DNA of 35,176 nt, taken from a virus (taxonomy: Duplodnaviria > Caudoviricetes). Of this stretch, positions 1 through 7,605 are shown piece after piece. Location: positions 1-35,176 of the IMG/VR virus record IMGVR_UViG_3300008964_000232; one strand, given 5' to 3'. The notes under the pieces are model-generated. The model had not been told where the DNA came from. It saw only the letters and a program-made list of their open reading frames with translations, and did no database searches. Made by a program: the position numbers and the translations under genes. Numbering within the stretch: position 1 is the stretch's first letter; the number at the start of each line of letters is the position of its first letter.

Positions 1-49
1 AATACTTGTCACTAACAGTATCGTATATTGAATATACATATGCTTGCAT
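1..49 (-). CDS. N-terminus of an ORF running off the window, possibly a GIY-YIG (Seg-like) homing endonuclease
   Basis: Minus strand reads MQAYVYSIYDTVSDKY..., like the YVY-x10-YIG start of GIY-YIG enzymes. A minus-strand TATAAATA lies at 86-93, next to a tRNA cluster. Only 16 codons are visible. Confidence 0.35.
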   Translation of the reverse strand, partial: MQAYVYSIYDTVSDKY

Positions 50-56
50 TTTTTAG

Positions 57-85
57 TTGACACCTGCTGCTAAATTAGTTATAAG
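57..85 (+). promoter_or_regulatory. sigma70-type promoter for the tRNA cluster
   Basis: TTGACA (57-62), 17 nt spacer, TATAAG (80-85). Confidence 0.65.
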
Positions 86-93
86 TATTTATA
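86..93 (-). promoter_or_regulatory. T4-type late promoter (TATAAATA), leftward
   Basis: Exact TATAAATA on the minus strand upstream of the ORF starting at 49. Confidence 0.5.
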
Positions 94-111
94 CAGAATA
101 GAAAAAAATAC

Positions 112-187
112 AGGCCTGTAGCTCAATGGTTAGAGCTGAGCGCTCATAACGCTTAGGTTGGGGGTTCAAGTCCCTCCGGGCCTACCA
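112..187 (+). tRNA. tRNA-Ile2 (CAT anticodon, lysidine type, reads AUA); tRNA-Met is the alternative
   Basis: 76-nt cloverleaf: acceptor AGGCCTG/CGGGCCT, anticodon loop CTCATAA, T-loop TTCAAGT, discriminator A, encoded CCA. Has the C4:G69 and C5:G68 TilS determinants and lacks initiator features. Confidence 0.9.
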
Positions 188-193
188 AAATAC

Positions 194-284
194 GGGCGGT
201 TGCCAGAGCGGCCGAATGGAGCGGTCTACTAAACCGTCAGACGTGATGAGCGTCTCGTGGGTTCGAATCCCACACCGCCCGCCA
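194..284 (+). tRNA. tRNA-Ser with ACT anticodon
   Basis: Acceptor GGGCGGT/ACCGCCC, anticodon stem GCGGT/ACCGT with loop CT-ACT-AA (anticodon 228-230), long variable arm (AGACG/CGTCT), T-arm GTGGG-TTCGAAT-CCCAC, G73, CCA. Confidence 0.92.
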
Positions 285-287
285 TAA

Positions 288-459
288 ATTAACTTTGTTA
301 CGGGGTGACAATTACAATGGAGATTTTGTCACAACAGGCGTAAAAATGGACCCGACTAGGACCGCGATGCAACGCAATGTGTAGGACCCCCTAAGGCTGC
401 TGGTAAAACCGTTAAATGCTTTCTCAGGCTGTGCAGATGCCGCCCGTAACAAGGTTAAT
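288..459 (+). ncRNA. candidate structured ncRNA of unknown family
   Basis: 288-304 pairs with 443-459 (17 bp, one G-U), with an internal hairpin GTGACAA/TTGTCAC. GC-richer than its flanks, directly after tRNA-Ser, no credible ORF. Confidence 0.55.
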
Positions 460-474
460 ACAAAAGGAAAAGAT

Positions 475-591
475 ATGGCTTGTCGTAAACACAATTATAA
501 AGGTAATAAACCCTGTAGAGTATGCCAAGAAGAAGGTAATAAATTTTGGTTTTGGGTTTTCATTATCCTTTTTCTAATCATAATCTTTTAA
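475..591 (+). CDS. 38-aa membrane protein with CxxH...CxxC motif (not in ORF track)
   Basis: AAAGGA SD; MACRKHNYKGNKPCRVCQEEGNKFWFWVFIILFLIIIF*; C-terminal TM helix. Confidence 0.6.
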   Translation: MACRKHNYKGNKPCRVCQEEGNKFWFWVFIILFLIIIF

Positions 592-603
592 CTAAATAAG
601 TTT

Positions 604-702
604 GATGGGCTGGCATGGTGTGCTATGCTGTTTTGTTAAAATCCATGGGCAGGCGGATAAAACAGAGTGTTCAAGTTGGGTTCGATTCCCACCCCATCTC
701 CA
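604..702 (+). ncRNA. atypical tRNA-like RNA
   Basis: Acceptor GATGGG/CCCATC + T + CCA, T-arm TGGG-TTCGATT-CCCA, 6-bp D-like stem GCATGG/CTATGC with 4-nt loop, extended central arm with no canonical anticodon loop. TAAATA at 593-598. Confidence 0.55.
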
Positions 703-717
703 AGGTTACAATAAATA

Positions 718-793
718 CTCGTGGACACTACGATTAGGAAAGGGGTGGTTACCTAATAAACCCGCGGGAGGCCAACGGTAAGCCTCCCTTTTT
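718..793 (+). ncRNA. candidate small late RNA
   Basis: Lies between ATAAATA (711-717) and a terminator; hairpins CGTGG/CTACG and ATTAGG/CCTAAT; no ORF. Confidence 0.35.
766..793 (+). terminator. Rho-independent terminator
   Basis: GGGAGGC-9nt-GCCTCCC followed by TTTTT. Confidence 0.85.
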
Positions 794-794
794 A

Positions 795-825
795 TTGACT
801 TGTCAATAATATCAATATATAAATA
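795..825 (+). promoter_or_regulatory. overlapping sigma70 and late promoters for the lysis genes
   Basis: TTGACT (795-800), 17 nt, TATAAA (818-823), which is also TATAAATA (818-825). Inverted repeat TTATTGAC-TT-GTCAATAA covers the -35. Confidence 0.6.
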
Positions 826-847
826 TTGACAACAGAGGAGATCTAAC

Positions 848-1045
848 ATGGATTTTAATTTTATTTTTGCTTATCTTAAAGAACAACTTGCTGGACTATG
901 GACAGAACGTACAACGTGGGACGGTGCAGTTCTTATTGGTGTTGGCGTAGCATATTTGGTACTAGCACCACTAGCGCAATGGGCAGCATATATTGCAATT
1001 GCTTATGGTGCTTGGACTCTATTAAAGAGAGAAATCAATAAATGA
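848..1045 (+). CDS. small two-TM membrane protein, holin candidate
   Basis: GAGGAG SD; hydrophobic segments and basic C-terminus; ATGA overlap with the endolysin. Confidence 0.6.
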   Translation: MDFNFIFAYLKEQLAGLWTERTTWDGAVLIGVGVAYLVLAPLAQWAAYIAIAYGAWTLLKREINK

Positions 1046-1905
1046 CCGATTATAAAATCGAAGAGGGCCTAGTCTTCCAATCAATTAATTCTGGTGGTTG
1101 GAAACAAGTAGACTTTTTTCCAACACCTAATCAGGGCGGGCTAATGCGCCCAAAGTTTTTGGTTATTCACTATACTGCTGGTGCAATGGATGCTCATGGC
1201 ACAGCGGCATATTTCCAAAAACCAGAAGCCAAAGTAAGCGCACACTTGAATTTAAGTCGTGACGGTACACTAACGCAGAGCGTAAGTTTAGAGACAAAAG
1301 CCTATCACGCAGGTAAAAGCACCTGGGCAGGCATTAACAATCTAAACGATTGTAGCATTGGTATTGAGGTTTGTAATCCGGGTCCATTAAGTATTACCAA
1401 GGGCGGATACAAGACATGGTGGGGGGCAAACTGGCCAGCTGACAATGTTATTGAAGCACCGCATCAAAACAATCCAAGTGGACCAGTATATGGCTGGGAG
1501 ATGTTTACTCCAGAACAAAACGAAGTGCTTCTAGCACTTGGTAAAGTTATTGTGGAACGTTTTAAAATTGTTGAAGTCGTTGGTCATGACATGATTTCAC
1601 CAGGACGTAAGACAGATCCTGGCCCAGCAATGAACCATAGAATTTATGATCAGCTCAATAACAGTAGAGCAGATGATAATATTTCATTCTCATGGTATGT
1701 TTCCAAAGTAAATGACTATTTAAATGGACGTAGTGGCCCAGGAACAAACTACAGTGTTGTACAGCAATTACCAAAAGGCACTGAACTTGATATCATCAGC
1801 AAACGGGGCGAATGGTGGTTTGTTGAAAACCCAACAGGACAACAGATGTGGGTACACAGTCGTTTCTTAGGCAGTAGGATAGTAGACAGCAGGATTAACA
1901 AGTAA
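1042..1905 (+). CDS. N-acetylmuramoyl-L-alanine amidase (Amidase_2/AmpD-like) with C-terminal SH3b; endolysin
   Basis: LVIHYTAG, VSAH, AYHAG, SIGIEV, VGH-x6-RKTDPG; C-terminal LNGRSGPGTNYSVV...GEWWFV...WVHSRFL. Confidence 0.9.
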   Translation: MTDYKIEEGLVFQSINSGGWKQVDFFPTPNQGGLMRPKFLVIHYTAGAMDAHGTAAYFQKPEAKVSAHLNLSRDGTLTQSVSLETKAYHAGKSTWAGINNLNDCSIGIEVCNPGPLSITKGGYKTWWGANWPADNVIEAPHQNNPSGPVYGWEMFTPEQNEVLLALGKVIVERFKIVEVVGHDMISPGRKTDPGPAMNHRIYDQLNNSRADDNISFSWYVSKVNDYLNGRSGPGTNYSVVQQLPKGTELDIISKRGEWWFVENPTGQQMWVHSRFLGSRIVDSRINK

Positions 1906-2486
1906 TGTTAATTGAATATGAACGGCACACTTATCCAGGCTCCTGGGTTAGTCTAAGTCATGCATTTACATATAACTTTGTAACTGACTTAATGGAGTTT
2001 TTTCCAGAGCCTTACATTATTGATTACGATGGCAGGCGTGCGTGTACAAACGAAGTACGCACTTTTGCTAATCGTGAAGCAACACCAGAACTAGCAGCAT
2101 ACTTTAGTGAATGGGATACTGATCATGCACGACAGTTTTTTACTGATCTGACTGGTGTTGATTGCAGTGCTGGCAGATTGCGTGTTGAACTATGTCAGGA
2201 TGGGCCAGGATTTTATTTGGACAGGCATATTGACATTCCAGAAAAACTTATTACATTACAAATATACTTGGGTGGCGGTAGTGATAGTTGGGGTACTAGT
2301 CTTTATGACAATGATACTGGAAAACTTGTACACACTAACTTGTTTAAGCACAACACTGGATGGTTAACCTGGGCCTATGGTAATGTATTACACGGCGTTG
2401 AAAAAAATATGGTTGACGATACACGCCGTAGTGTTATTATTAACTATGTTGCTGGGGACTGGAAAGATCTGGATCAGTTATATTAA
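1905..2486 (+). CDS. 2OG-Fe(II) oxygenase superfamily protein
   Basis: H-x-D (RHID), distal His (VLHGV), RRSV 2-oxoglutarate-binding motif. Confidence 0.8.
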   Translation: MLIEYERHTYPGSWVSLSHAFTYNFVTDLMEFFPEPYIIDYDGRRACTNEVRTFANREATPELAAYFSEWDTDHARQFFTDLTGVDCSAGRLRVELCQDGPGFYLDRHIDIPEKLITLQIYLGGGSDSWGTSLYDNDTGKLVHTNLFKHNTGWLTWAYGNVLHGVEKNMVDDTRRSVIINYVAGDWKDLDQLY

Positions 2487-2689
2487 TGTCTAAAACTCGT
2501 AAAGAAAAAATGTTTGGTATAGAAAGCGTTCCTCCAGGATATCGCTTTATAATGATCAGTAATCGTAGTCCCAGTGGACGTTGGGAAAGTGACGAGGTAC
2601 ATCTAGTAACTGAGATGGATGCTATACGTCTTAAGATGTTGCACGGTGAAGATTTTTATGATGCGACAGATTTAGCTAATGGTAATTGA
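2486..2689 (+). CDS. hypothetical protein with DAxx(F/L)K(L/M) C-terminal motif
   Basis: TAATG coupling; motif shared with 21120..21335 and 13484..14167. Confidence 0.7.
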   Translation: MSKTRKEKMFGIESVPPGYRFIMISNRSPSGRWESDEVHLVTEMDAIRLKMLHGEDFYDATDLANGN

Positions 2690-2692
2690 TAA

Positions 2693-3598
2693 ATGCCAAT
2701 CAAAATAGCCATATGTTTTTCTGGATATTATCGTTCGTTCAGTGATCCGTTTAACGATGATGGTATGCCTGTTTGTGACTATTGGTTAAAATTTACAAAA
2801 GAAATTTATGAACTCTCCAATGGAGAGATTAGTTTTGATTTTTATGGGCATGGCTGGTATATTAATAACTTACCATCTTCAATAAATTTCAAAAATATTA
2901 AATCTGATGCTCAAATTGAATATCTTGCTAGTTGGATTTCAGAAAACCCAGATACCAGGCTATTATCTCTTCCAATGGTAATTAGATTTCATGAAGATAG
3001 ACTTTGGCAAGGGGAAGTGTTAGGATATTTAATAGGACAACATATAAGTGCGTGGGAAAGTATTTCTTTAATAGAAGAAGAATACGACTATGTAATTAAA
3101 ACAAGGTGGGATGTGTTTCCAGCATTTAATAAAAAACCATTTATAAATTTCTTAAAAGAACGCCATGAAAACATATTATTCGTTGAACAATATACTAGAG
3201 ATGAAAATAATAATTTTTTAGATCTCAAAGACTATTCATTTTTGATATCAGGACCCGAACTAATAAAACATATACGTTCTAGCGATATTTCTGCATTAAT
3301 AGAAACTATTAATTTAAAAAATTTAAAAAATTTAGAATTGAGAAACAGGTACAATTCAAAAGGTATTATTGTTTATGAAACAGTTGCATATATTGAACTT
3401 TGGTTTTCAATTTTTTATGAATTAAATATAAACTTCCAGAATGTTCCGATAGTAGATAGTAATCTTTTATTTGCAACAAAACCCGTGGCCGATAGACACA
3501 AACACACGCCATACCAAGGGCAAGAACTCTTCGGACACAAGAACAAGATGTTAAAAGAAAAAAGCATAGAAAAAAGTAAAAATAAAGACATGTCGTAG
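2693..3598 (+). CDS. putative glycosyltransferase, paralog 1
   Basis: KIAICFSGYYR, FYGHGW, GQH, YDYVIKTRWD; AT-rich. Confidence 0.6.
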   Translation: MPIKIAICFSGYYRSFSDPFNDDGMPVCDYWLKFTKEIYELSNGEISFDFYGHGWYINNLPSSINFKNIKSDAQIEYLASWISENPDTRLLSLPMVIRFHEDRLWQGEVLGYLIGQHISAWESISLIEEEYDYVIKTRWDVFPAFNKKPFINFLKERHENILFVEQYTRDENNNFLDLKDYSFLISGPELIKHIRSSDISALIETINLKNLKNLELRNRYNSKGIIVYETVAYIELWFSIFYELNINFQNVPIVDSNLLFATKPVADRHKHTPYQGQELFGHKNKMLKEKSIEKSKNKDMS

Positions 3599-3608
3599 AC
3601 TAAAATAG

Positions 3609-3638
3609 TTGACAGCAACCGTTGAAATATGCTATAGT
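3609..3638 (+). promoter_or_regulatory. sigma70 promoter with extended -10
   Basis: TTGACA, 18 nt, TGcTATAGT. Confidence 0.7.
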
Positions 3639-3666
3639 AAAGCGTATACAACAACGGTGGTTTATC

Positions 3667-4053
3667 ATGACTATGCATCTAGAAAAAGCCCATATCACTA
3701 CTACACGATATAACGGCAAACAAAAGAAAAGCAAAAGCAAACGCCTAGCGAAGGCAAAGGCGGATCATGAAGCCTGGCTAGAGAGCATGGGTGTTGGTAA
3801 GAACAAGGACGCATTCTATGACAAATGGGGTAAGCGTATTGGACTTAATGAAATCCCTGATTATCGTGCTGATTTGCGAAACACTGTTCCTATGAGTAAT
3901 AGCGTTGCAGGTCATGGTCCTGCACGTGAACAAGTAAAATACACTGGTGAACGTAAACTGTTGGGTGTGGCCACTATGCACAAATCTAACATGGTTCCAG
4001 TGTTTGCAGATCGCAAAGAAGATGCCAAGGATATTGCGTCAATGAGAAGATGA
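3667..4053 (+). CDS. conserved hypothetical phage protein
   Basis: Start moved to ATG 3667 because the track start lies inside the promoter. C-terminal GVATMHKSNMVPVF...IASMRR is familiar from T4-like phage hypotheticals. Confidence 0.7.
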   Translation: MTMHLEKAHITTTRYNGKQKKSKSKRLAKAKADHEAWLESMGVGKNKDAFYDKWGKRIGLNEIPDYRADLRNTVPMSNSVAGHGPAREQVKYTGERKLLGVATMHKSNMVPVFADRKEDAKDIASMRR

Positions 4054-4343
4054 TCTTAGACGATTACGCAGCAGAGTTATTCTCTAAGAATATAAACATG
4101 ATGGTGCCATATTATCTTATGGCATCATATGCTTATTATGTGGAAGATGATCCTATCTTTAGTGATGCGTTCTATGACAACTTGGCTAAAACTATACTGG
4201 CAGTATGGGATAGTATAGAACACCGTCATAAACACATACTAAATACGGACATGTTAGAAGCAGGTAGCTTCATGGGCGAGTATCCTAGTATTATTAGCGG
4301 TGCTCTTGAAAGTCTGCGTAAAAATATCGGAAAAAATAAATGA
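4050..4343 (+). CDS. stand-alone NAD-dependent DNA ligase domain Ia-like protein
   Basis: ASYAYYVEDDPIFSDAFYDNL matches the LigA Ia motif Y-Y-x-x-D-x-P-x-x-x-D-x-x-Y-D; no adenylation domain. Confidence 0.65.
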   Translation: MILDDYAAELFSKNINMMVPYYLMASYAYYVEDDPIFSDAFYDNLAKTILAVWDSIEHRHKHILNTDMLEAGSFMGEYPSIISGALESLRKNIGKNK

Positions 4344-5239
4344 GAATAGCAGTCGTTTTTTCAGCTGAATCAAGAACTTTTAATACAAAAACTGCTGTGT
4401 ATTGGTTACAGTGGAAAAATCTTGTAGAGACTATATCAGAAGACCGTATTGAAATTGTATTTTACGGTCACACATGGGATCACTGTCCAGAAGAGGATAT
4501 ACCTAATACAAAAATATTACCATTAAAATATATTTGGGTAGAGTCAGAAAATATTATAAGTGACTGGGTGTGCGGATTATATAGTGAACGTGTATATCGT
4601 ACTTCCCCAACAGCAAACGTTGTAGATTCTTATCTTGGAAAAATTGATCCAAGCAATGATGCCTCTAAAATAAAATATATAGATGAAACATTGTTCCATT
4701 CTAGAAGGCACTGGGGTCAGCATGTTGGTGCGTTCCTTAGTTTCAGTAAGATACCAAAAGAAGAATATGATAATATTGATGGGTTTATAAAAGTAAGATG
4801 GGACTCTATCCCTGTCTACGCTTATGGTATCAAGGACTTTGATAATAACGACCCTAGTGCTTGTGAGTTTAAAAATTCTGTTTTAGTTATGGAAAATTAC
4901 TTTAAATTTAATCAATGTACGTATTCTTCAGACATTACAAAAATAGTGTTAATACAATATCAAAACCGTTATGTTAATAATGTAATGCCTAATGATGTAA
5001 TTATATACCTTACAAAATCCGCCATGAATAAATTTATTAATAATGTTACCGCTGAAGAGTTTTTAAATGCTACCATTGGAAAATTTAATAGTCATGGGAT
5101 GGCAGGGCATACAATGTGGGAGGCAGTGATGGCTTCAAAAAATATAAATTATAGAGCTATTGACGATAGAAACAATCTTTTTAAAGCAAAGATTATACGG
5201 CCAGACAACTATAGTCCAAAAATTTATAATTATTACTAG
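4340..5239 (+). CDS. putative glycosyltransferase, paralog 2
   Basis: RIAVVFSAESR, FYGHTW, WGQH, FIKVRWD. Confidence 0.6.
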   Translation: MRIAVVFSAESRTFNTKTAVYWLQWKNLVETISEDRIEIVFYGHTWDHCPEEDIPNTKILPLKYIWVESENIISDWVCGLYSERVYRTSPTANVVDSYLGKIDPSNDASKIKYIDETLFHSRRHWGQHVGAFLSFSKIPKEEYDNIDGFIKVRWDSIPVYAYGIKDFDNNDPSACEFKNSVLVMENYFKFNQCTYSSDITKIVLIQYQNRYVNNVMPNDVIIYLTKSAMNKFINNVTAEEFLNATIGKFNSHGMAGHTMWEAVMASKNINYRAIDDRNNLFKAKIIRPDNYSPKIYNYY

Positions 5240-5269
5240 ATTTAAGATCAAGAAAAGATAAAGAATAAT

Positions 5270-6088
5270 ATGAAAAAAGTAGCATATTATATGACTGGAG
5301 AAGTCAGAACATGGGAATCTTATGACATATCCAGTGGTGCAAAGCATACATATAAAAATCCTTATGAATCAGTCACAAATCTAAAAAAACTTCTCTGGGA
5401 TCGTGGAATAGATCTGGACATATATGGGTATACTTGGGATTATGCTACGCCTATTAATGATACATCTGTATTCAAGAATTTACATCTCATCAGTGATAAC
5501 GAATTAAATGCATGGATAGCAAAGCATTTTGTATATCTGTGTGACAATATTTTACCACACTTGTACCATGATGACAGTCTAGACACGCTACCAGCTGATG
5601 TAAAATACAATACAATAAAAAATAGCATATCACAACTTTTCATGCACTACTTTGTGTGCAATGATATTCCATTGGATTATGATTGGTATATAAAATCAAG
5701 ATGGGACGTAATACATACTGTATGGGAGGATAGTCTTGATGACCTAGTGGATATTATCAACAACGGACAAGATGATTCAATACACTGTCTAGCACGTAAT
5801 TTCAGAATAAAAGACGGCGATATAGGATTTTTAGATTTTGCTTACATGTTTGATAACATCTTTAGACAGAAACTTCCAGCAGTGAATTCTGTTATAGGAT
5901 CATTACATAGTTTTGTAAAGAAAGGACTGTATAACAAGTATACATCTAATATACTATATCAGACAGGTTCTGTTCTGAGAACAGATTTACCAGATAATTT
6001 CTACGTATGTTATAGCAATTCATTTGATCATTGGTGGGATTTGAGCGACACTGAAAAATGTATAGTGATGGGAGACCGTCCCGTATGA
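5270..6088 (+). CDS. putative glycosyltransferase, paralog 3
   Basis: KVAYYMTGEVR, IYGYTW, YDWYIKSRWD. Confidence 0.6.
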   Translation: MKKVAYYMTGEVRTWESYDISSGAKHTYKNPYESVTNLKKLLWDRGIDLDIYGYTWDYATPINDTSVFKNLHLISDNELNAWIAKHFVYLCDNILPHLYHDDSLDTLPADVKYNTIKNSISQLFMHYFVCNDIPLDYDWYIKSRWDVIHTVWEDSLDDLVDIINNGQDDSIHCLARNFRIKDGDIGFLDFAYMFDNIFRQKLPAVNSVIGSLHSFVKKGLYNKYTSNILYQTGSVLRTDLPDNFYVCYSNSFDHWWDLSDTEKCIVMGDRPV

Positions 6089-6918
6089 AACGTATAGCAT
6101 TTTGCTTGGGTGGAGAAACACGAACGTTCAATGATATATCACATAAAGAACTTAACTTTTTAATTGAACAGTTAGATGAAAATGGTTTTGAGAGTGATGT
6201 ATACGGACACACTTGGGAACACGCTAGCATACCCGATACTAGCCTAGTAAAAAATTTTAAAAAATTAATAATTGAAGACCAAATATCCATTGACAATTGG
6301 ATAATGAGAGAATTCCCAGTTAGAGTATTCTCGGATAGAAAATATAATAGGCCATTTGAAGATCCAGAAGAAATGGTACGCTTCTATCTTGATATGTCAC
6401 GAGATAGATATGGGCAGTTTGTTTCTGGAGTTCAATCATTACAGATGCCTGATAATAGTTATGACATTATAATACGTGTTAGATGGGACTGTAAATTTAA
6501 CTATAAGAATGTAGATCACGATATCAGTAATATAGTTTACGAGTTTAATAAAATTGTAAACATAAACGACGATGATAATTTACCATACTGTTTAGCTACA
6601 GCAGACAGCAGGTTGGGCGGTAGGGGTAACTCAGGTATAAGACGGTCTCCTGTACTAGCATTAGGCGATATGTTTATAGTATTCAATAATTTGGGAAGGA
6701 CGGATTTTGTTTCTGACGGGCCGTATGATCTAATAGACGAAGTAAACTCGTTAGTACCAAAAACACACCATACTCCGTTTGGTCATCAGCAATGGAGTGA
6801 AGCACTATGTCTTAAACATTTACACATTGAGACAACGTTGCCAAATATATTTCAGACACACAGAATGGAAGGCGACTATCGTGGCCCTACCCCAGGATAT
6901 AAACATATAAGGTTTTAG
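6085..6918 (+). CDS. putative glycosyltransferase, paralog 4
   Basis: Start at the ATGA overlap 6085 (MKRIAFCLGGETR); VYGHTW, YGQF, YDIIIRVRWD. Confidence 0.6.
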   Translation: MKRIAFCLGGETRTFNDISHKELNFLIEQLDENGFESDVYGHTWEHASIPDTSLVKNFKKLIIEDQISIDNWIMREFPVRVFSDRKYNRPFEDPEEMVRFYLDMSRDRYGQFVSGVQSLQMPDNSYDIIIRVRWDCKFNYKNVDHDISNIVYEFNKIVNINDDDNLPYCLATADSRLGGRGNSGIRRSPVLALGDMFIVFNNLGRTDFVSDGPYDLIDEVNSLVPKTHHTPFGHQQWSEALCLKHLHIETTLPNIFQTHRMEGDYRGPTPGYKHIRF

Positions 6919-6967
6919 GACCCTCATAGTTATAAGCCAAAAAAAACAAATATTTGTGATTTTTCTC

Positions 6968-6996
6968 TTGACAAACCAAGACACATTGCTTATATT
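6968..6996 (+). promoter_or_regulatory. sigma70 promoter
   Basis: TTGACA, 17 nt, TATATT. Confidence 0.7.
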
Positions 6997-7020
6997 AGTA
7001 TTGTAACAGAGAAAGAAAAT

Positions 7021-7599
7021 ATGATGACTGATAAAATTATCCTCACAGACTGCGACGGTGTGCTGCTAGACTGGGAGGCTGCGTTTCACGATTGGATGAG
7101 CGCAAAGGGCTACGACAAAGTTGTTGAGGCTGTTTATGACTTGGGTGTTGCGTATGGTTTGCCCAAAGCGGAAGCTAAGAATCACGTTCGTGAATTTAAC
7201 GAGAGTGCTTGGATGGCTTTCCTTCCTGCGTTCCGTGATGCTCGTAGTGGTGTTGCAACGCTGGTTGAAGCAGGATACAAGTTTGTGTGTATTACTTCGC
7301 TAAGTTTGGATCCCAATGCTGCCAAACTGCGGATGAAGAACCTGGAAGATGTATTTGGGAAGGGTGTGTTCACTGAGCTAATTTGCTTGGACACTGGCGC
7401 TGATAAAGACGAAGTACTGGCACGGTACACTGGGTCCGAACTATTTTGGATTGAAGATAAGCCAGAAAACGCGGCTTGCGGCACAAAGTTTGGCCTCAAG
7501 AGCTTGCTTATTTCTCACGCTCACAATGCAGATTACGTTAACGAAGATGTTGTGCGGGTAGCCGACTGGGCTGAAATTACCAAAGTTGTCCTTGGTTAG
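7021..7599 (+). CDS. HAD-superfamily phosphatase/nucleotidase, T4 gp30.2-like
   Basis: ILTDCDGVLLDW (motif I), CITS (II), WIEDK (IV). Confidence 0.85.
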   Translation: MMTDKIILTDCDGVLLDWEAAFHDWMSAKGYDKVVEAVYDLGVAYGLPKAEAKNHVREFNESAWMAFLPAFRDARSGVATLVEAGYKFVCITSLSLDPNAAKLRMKNLEDVFGKGVFTELICLDTGADKDEVLARYTGSELFWIEDKPENAACGTKFGLKSLLISHAHNADYVNEDVVRVADWAEITKVVLG

Positions 7600-7605
7600 T
7601 TATAA

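Noticed and set aside
112-187. initiator tRNA-fMet
   Set aside because: Position 1:72 is paired and the anticodon stem lacks three consecutive G-C pairs
312-494. 60-aa minus-strand ORF
   Set aside because: Antisense to the structured RNA candidate and the 475 ORF; no SD or recognisable motif
604-702. tRNA-Sec or tmRNA
   Set aside because: The D arm is Sec-like, but there is no UCA in an anticodon loop and the acceptor is too short. No G3:U70 pair or tag frame for tmRNA.
733-765. preQ1-I riboswitch
   Set aside because: Hairpin plus A-rich tail looks similar, but the conserved loop nucleotides and queuosine genes are absent
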